From the NCBI RefSeq assembly GCF_032444005.1, contig NC_091285.1, positions 675,056,001 to 675,120,000 of the forward strand: a stretch of DNA of 64,000 bases, given 5' to 3'. Shown here one piece after another: positions 59,282-64,000 of this stretch. Position 1 is the first letter of the stretch. Every line of letters begins with the position of its first letter. The position numbers and the translations under genes are program-made. The DNA comes from Ranitomeya imitator (Eukaryota). The notes beneath the pieces were generated by a model. That model was not told the DNA's origin and ran no database searches. It was given only the letters and a program-made list of their open reading frames with translations.

Positions 59282-61395
59282 GTCTGAAATCCTCTGTGCT
59301 GCGGGGGGGCCTCGTCTATCCTCCCGCCACAGCCAGTCACCCCCAAATCTCACAATATGGCATAATATCAGCATGTGCTGAAATCCTCTGTGCTGCGGGG
59401 GCCCTCGTCTAACCTCCCACCACAGCCAGTCACCCCCAAATCTCACAATATGGCATGTGCTGAAATCCTCTGTGCTGCGGGGGGCCCTCGTCTAACCTCC
59501 CACCACAGCCAGTGACCCTCAAATCTCACAATATGGCATGTGCTGAAATCCTCTGTGCTGCGGGGGGCCCTCGTCTAACCTACCACCACAGCCAGTGACC
59601 CTCAAATCTCACAATATGGCATGTGCTGAAATCCTCTGTGCTGCGGGGGGCCCTCGTCTAACCTCCCACCACAGCCAGTGACCCCCAAATCTCACAATAT
59701 GGCTAATGCTGAAATCCTCTGTGCTGCGGGGGGCCCTCGTCTAACCTACCACCACAGCCAGTGACCCTCAAATCTCACAATATGGCATGTGCTGAAATCC
59801 TCTGTGCTGCGGGGGGCCCTCGTCTAACCTCCCACCACAGCCAGTGACCCCCAAATCTCACAATATGGCTAATGCTGAAATCCTCTGTGCTGCGGGGGGC
59901 CCTCGTCTAACCTACCACCACAGCCAGTGACCCTCAAATCTCACAATATGGCATGTGCTGAAATCCTCTGTGCTGCGGGGGGCCCTTGTCTAACCTCCCA
60001 CCACAGCCAGTGACCCCCAAATCTCACAATATGGCATGTGCTGAAATCCTCTGTGCTGCGGGGGCCCTCGTCTAACCTCCCACCACAGCCAGTCACCCCC
60101 AAATCTCACAATATGGCATGTGCTGAAATCCTCTGTGCTGCGGGGGGCCCTCGTCTAACCTCCCACCACAGCCAGTGACCCCCAAATCTCACAATATGGC
60201 TAATGCTGAAATCCTCTGTGCTGCGGGGGGCCCTCGTCTAACCTACCACCACAGCCAGTGACCCCCAAATCTCACAATATGGCATGTGCTGAAATCCTCT
60301 GTGCTGCGGGGGGCCCTTGTCTAACCTCCCACCACAGCCAGTGACCCCCAAATCTCACAATATGGCATGTGCTGAAATCCTCTGTGCTGCGGGGGCCCTC
60401 GTCTAACCTCCCACCACAGCCAGTCACCCCCAAATCTCACAATATGGCATGTGCTGAAATCCTCTGTGCTGCGGGGGGCCCTCGTCTAACCTCCCACCAC
60501 AGCCAGTGACCCCCAAATCTCACAATATGGCTAATGCTGAAATCCTCTGTGCTGCGGGGGGCCCTCGTCTAACCTACCACCACAGCCAGTGACCCTCAAA
60601 TCTCACAATATGGCATGTGCTGAAATCCTCTGTGCTGCGGGGGGCCCTCGTCTAACCTCCCACCACAGCCAGTGACCCCCAAATCTCACAATATGGCTAA
60701 TGCTGAAATCCTCTGTGCTGCGGGGGGCCCTCGTCTAACCTCCCACCACACCCAGTGACCCTCAAATCTCACAATATGGCATGTGCTGAAATCCTCTGTG
60801 CTGCGGGGGGCCCTTGTCTAACCTCCCACCACAGCCAGTGACCCCCAAATCTCACAATATGGCATGTGCTGAAATCCTCTGTGCTGCGGGGGGCCCTCGT
60901 CTAACCTCCCACCACACCCAGTGACCCCCCAAATCTCACAATATGGCATGTGCTGAAATCCTCTGTGCTGCGGGGGGCCCTCGTCTAACCTCCCACCACA
61001 CCCAGTGACCCCCCAAATCTCACAATATGGCATGTGCTGAAATCCTCTGTGCTGCGGGGGGCCTCATCTAACCTCCCACCACAGCCAGTGACCCCCAAAT
61101 CTCACAATATGACATAATATCGGCATGTGCTGAAATCCTCTGTGCTGCGGGGGGCCTCGTCTAACCTCCCACCACAGCCAGTGACCCCCCCCAAATCTCA
61201 CAATATGGCATGTGCTTAAATCCTCTGTGCTGCGGGGGGCCTCATCTAACCTCACAATATGGCATATTGGCATGTGCTGAAATCCTCTGTGCTGTGGGGG
61301 CCCTCGTCTATCCTCCCACCACAGCCAGTCACCCCCAAATCTCACAATATGGCATAATATCGGCATGTGCTGAAATCCTCTGTGCTGCGGGGGCT
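59282..61395. repeat. 83-bp minisatellite between RNASEK and BAP18, about 25 units
   Basis: Period 83 (59461/59544). Confidence 0.95.
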
Positions 61396-61562
61396 CCTGC
61401 CTTGTAGCCATTCCTTAGCTTTGCCTGCTCCTGAAATGCTCTGTGCTGCTGTAGACCCCCTTTTTTTTGCCCTCTAGGGTCTGGATCCGCCCCCACTTGA
61501 TCTCTGTGCACGAGAATCTCAGAGGATGGGGGTTACTGTGTCCTTCAACATCTGTATAATTA

Positions 61563-61893
61563 TCTCCTGAAATACTCTGCGCTGCTGTGTCATCAATTGC
61601 CCCCATGGAATTTTAAAAGGGTTGTATAGAACTAGAAAAAAACCTGACTGCTCCCTCCCCTGCAACAGCGCCCTCTCTCAGGCCGTGTGCGGTATTGCAC
61701 CTCTCCCCTAGTGATGTGAATAGGGCTGAGCTGCAGTACCGGACCCAGCCTCAGAGAAGGGATGGTGCTATTGTAGGAGGACAGCTGCCACGGTTTTCCT
61801 AATTCCGGATGCCCCTTTTAATGGCACGGGGGACATTTGGTCAATAACGGTGATATGACATAATGCTGCAGCAGCGCAGAGTATTTCAGGAGA
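61563..61893. mobile_element. MITE-like 25-bp inverted repeat enclosing a degenerate TTAA (T2-type) MITE at ~61617-61817
   Basis: TCTCCTGAAATACTCTGCGCTGCTG (61563-61587) and its exact reverse complement (61869-61893); inner TTAA-AAGGGTTG...GCCCCTT-TTAA. Confidence 0.55.
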
Positions 61894-62579
61894 CGGCGAT
61901 CGCGCTGCTGTCAGTCTCTGCAATGCAATTGTGGGATGGCGATGGTAACGGGGGCGCTGCTGAATACGGAATATAACGTATTTTTGTGTCTCGGAAAATA
62001 GTAAAAAAAAAAAAGTTATTTTCCATCATTTAAAAAAATAAATATATAAATATTTTAGTCTGGCGCAGGAGCCCTTTTCCGCCAGCAGATGGCGCCGCTG
62101 CACCTAGTATTGGTGCCATCCCTCCTGCACAGCGTCAGTCTGCTGCTCCTACAGCCCAGCATTAATGTCGTGGGTGTGAAGAGCAAGATTCTGTCTTTAA
62201 CCCCTTCCTGCACACGTCCATCACGGAGCAGCTCTGTGCAGCTTGGTGTCTCCTCTATTCAGGGGCCCAGTGGTCCCACCGCAGCCACCGGGATCCCACG
62301 ATCACCCTACAATGAACGCTGGAAAAACAATGGCACAATTGCGGTTGTTTTTTCTTCAAACATTTTACTCCACTTTGTTCATCCTGCGCCTCCTGGTTCA
62401 TGAATATAATTCTAGAGCTGCAGTGTAGACTGACACGGGGTTTTCTTTTATGAATAGCAGAAATTTCTGTAAAAAAAAAACCCATACAAAAGTAATCAAT
62501 TAAACCCAGCCCACAGGGCCAGTGACGCACTCAGCTCTGCTACATCCACACTCCCAGCTCCCACTAGTGCAAAGGCAAG

Positions 62580-63160
62580 CGACGAATAGGAACGCAGCAC
62601 CGAGGTGAATTCACCAATGGAAGAAGAGTATAGGGGGGGGAGACAACCAATAGGAACGCAGCACCGAGGTGAAATCTCCAATGGGAGAAGACTATGGGGG
62701 GGAGACAACCAATAGGAACGCAGCGCGGAGGTGAGTTCACCAATGGAAGAAGAGTATGGGGGGGGGGGAGACAACCAATAGGAACGCAGCACGGAGGTGA
62801 ATTCACCAATAGAAGAAGAGTATGGGGGGGGAGACAACCAATAGGAACGCAGCACGGAGGTAAATTCACCAATAGAAGAAGAGTAGGGGCGGGACATTAG
62901 CTTCTGATTGATAGCTGACAGAAGCCAATCGTAGCGGGAGATTAGTGTGGGCGGGCTTTGGACTCTGCTGGAGCGTCAGCAGAAGGAGCCAATAGCAGCG
63001 CCAGCCCGGTGGTCGCACAGCGAATAGGAGGCTGGAGAGGAGCAAGCCGGGACTGACAGACAGCGGCTCACCGGCGGAGGTCCGGCGGGAGATCAGGCGG
63101 ACAGCGAGGCTCCGTGTAACAGCCGCACCATAGACGTCTTCTGAACTGGCGCCATGACGT
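62580..63160 (+). promoter_or_regulatory. BAP18 promoter with a tandem CCAAT-box array and GC boxes
   Basis: Five ~62-bp units plus two further boxes give 11 CCAAT; GGGGCGGG and GGGCGGG near 62886 and 62948; CpG-rich. Confidence 0.75.
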
Positions 63161-63563
63161 CAGCATCAACCAAGGTACCCGGGCAGCGGCGCCCACATCT
63201 TATTGGCGTGAAGTAGTCACGTGTTCACCTATTGAGCAGCATTGCATGCCGGGACATGTAGTTTTACAGAAAAACAACATGTCAGATTAATGATTAATCC
63301 CATTATTGCTCTAAAGTGCTCCAGAACTCTATTTCCCCGCCTGCCCAGCGTCCTGCTGCGATATGTAGTCCTTTTCCCCTGCCTATAGTATTCTGGGGCT
63401 TGTAGTTCATCACCGGTTAAAGTGAAATGTGTGTTGTTATAATAAAGTTTCTCTTCTTTGTTCTCCAGGTGGGGGAGATCTTCTCGGCAGCTGGGGCCGC
63501 CTTCACCAAGCTGGGAGAGCTGACCATGCAGCTGCACCCTGTGACCGACTCCTCGCCTGCCGG
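63154..63563 (+). CDS. C17orf49: C17orf49/BAP18 (BACC1, chromatin complexes subunit BAP18), first two coding exons; partial, continues beyond the window
   Basis: 63154-63174 MTSASTK (donor gtaccc) and 63469-63563 VGEIFSAAGAAFTKLGELTMQLHPVTDSSPAG (ctccag acceptor, gtaaat donor); near-identical to the vertebrate BAP18 N-terminus; adjacent to RNASEK as in mammals. Confidence 0.95.
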
Positions 63564-63624
63564 GTAAATGGCGACAGAGTGGCGAAATGTCACCTGGGAG
63601 TGGCGGGGGAGTCTCCTCCGCTAG

Positions 63625-64000
63625 GGGGGGAAATGGCCTCCTCCTCCGGGAGCAATGGGGGAGGGATAGTCGCCTCGTCCGGGAGCAATGGGGGAGGAAT
63701 AGTCACCTCCTCCGGGAACAGTGGGAGAGGGATAGTCGCCTCCTCCCGGAACAATGGTGGGAGGAATAGTCGCCTCCTCCGGGAGCAATGGGAGAGGGAT
63801 AGTCGCCTCCTCCCGGAACAATGGTGGGAGGAATAGTCGCCTCCTCCGGGAGCAATGGGAGAGGAATAGTCGCCTCCTCCGGGAACAATGGTGGGAGGAA
63901 TAGTCGCCTCCTCCGGGAGCAACAGGGGAGGAATAGTCGCCTCCTCCAGGAACAATGGGGGAGGAATAGTCGCCTCCTCCAGGAACAATGGTGGGAGGAA
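63625..64000. repeat. 33-bp minisatellite (GGGAGCAATGGGAGAGGAATAGTCGCCTCCTCC) in BAP18 intron 2, runs off the window
   Basis: 11-aa periodicity in the ORF track. Confidence 0.92.

Noticed and set aside
62775-62856. ERSE-like CCAAT-N9-GCACG in two BAP18 promoter units
   Set aside because: The ERSE consensus needs CCACG; there is one mismatch and it is absent from the other units
63429-63988. ORFs of 135 aa (+) and 132 aa (-) at the window end
   Set aside because: The + ORF overlaps BAP18 exon 2 in the wrong frame and both run into the 33-bp array

Overview
Eukaryotic (vertebrate) genomic DNA, most likely from a frog; that assignment is inferred from the Tc1 and T2/Kolobok-type MITE content and the protein sequences. 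Three + strand housekeeping genes can be rebuilt exon by exon with GT-AG junctions: complete PELP1 (17 coding exons, 10687-45763, 1039 aa), complete RNASEK (3 exons, 54754-58999, 101 aa) and the first two coding exons of C17orf49/BAP18 (63154 onward, runs off the window). Most large introns are swollen by a different minisatellite, and these arrays produce nearly all the long ORFs in the ORF track, which are artefacts. The 5' end holds decayed L2, Ty3/Gypsy and Tc1 fragments. A transposon cluster at 46.5-54.4 kb includes one apparently intact Tc1 (DD34E, about 207-bp TIRs, TA flanks). The most notable observations are: (i) a ~5-kb AG-free zone made of ~115 tandem copies of the exon-13 branch point/polypyrimidine tract; (ii) tandem arrays of transcription-factor motifs at promoters (RFX X-boxes at PELP1; CCAAT boxes phased 31-35 bp apart at BAP18, sharing a 21/22-nt element with the RNASEK promoter); (iii) minisatellites seeded from CR1 and Tc1 coding sequence; (iv) degenerate Penelope-type hammerhead ribozyme folds; (v) TE-borne CTCF consensus sites. 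All coordinates and counts were read by eye and no database searches were run.
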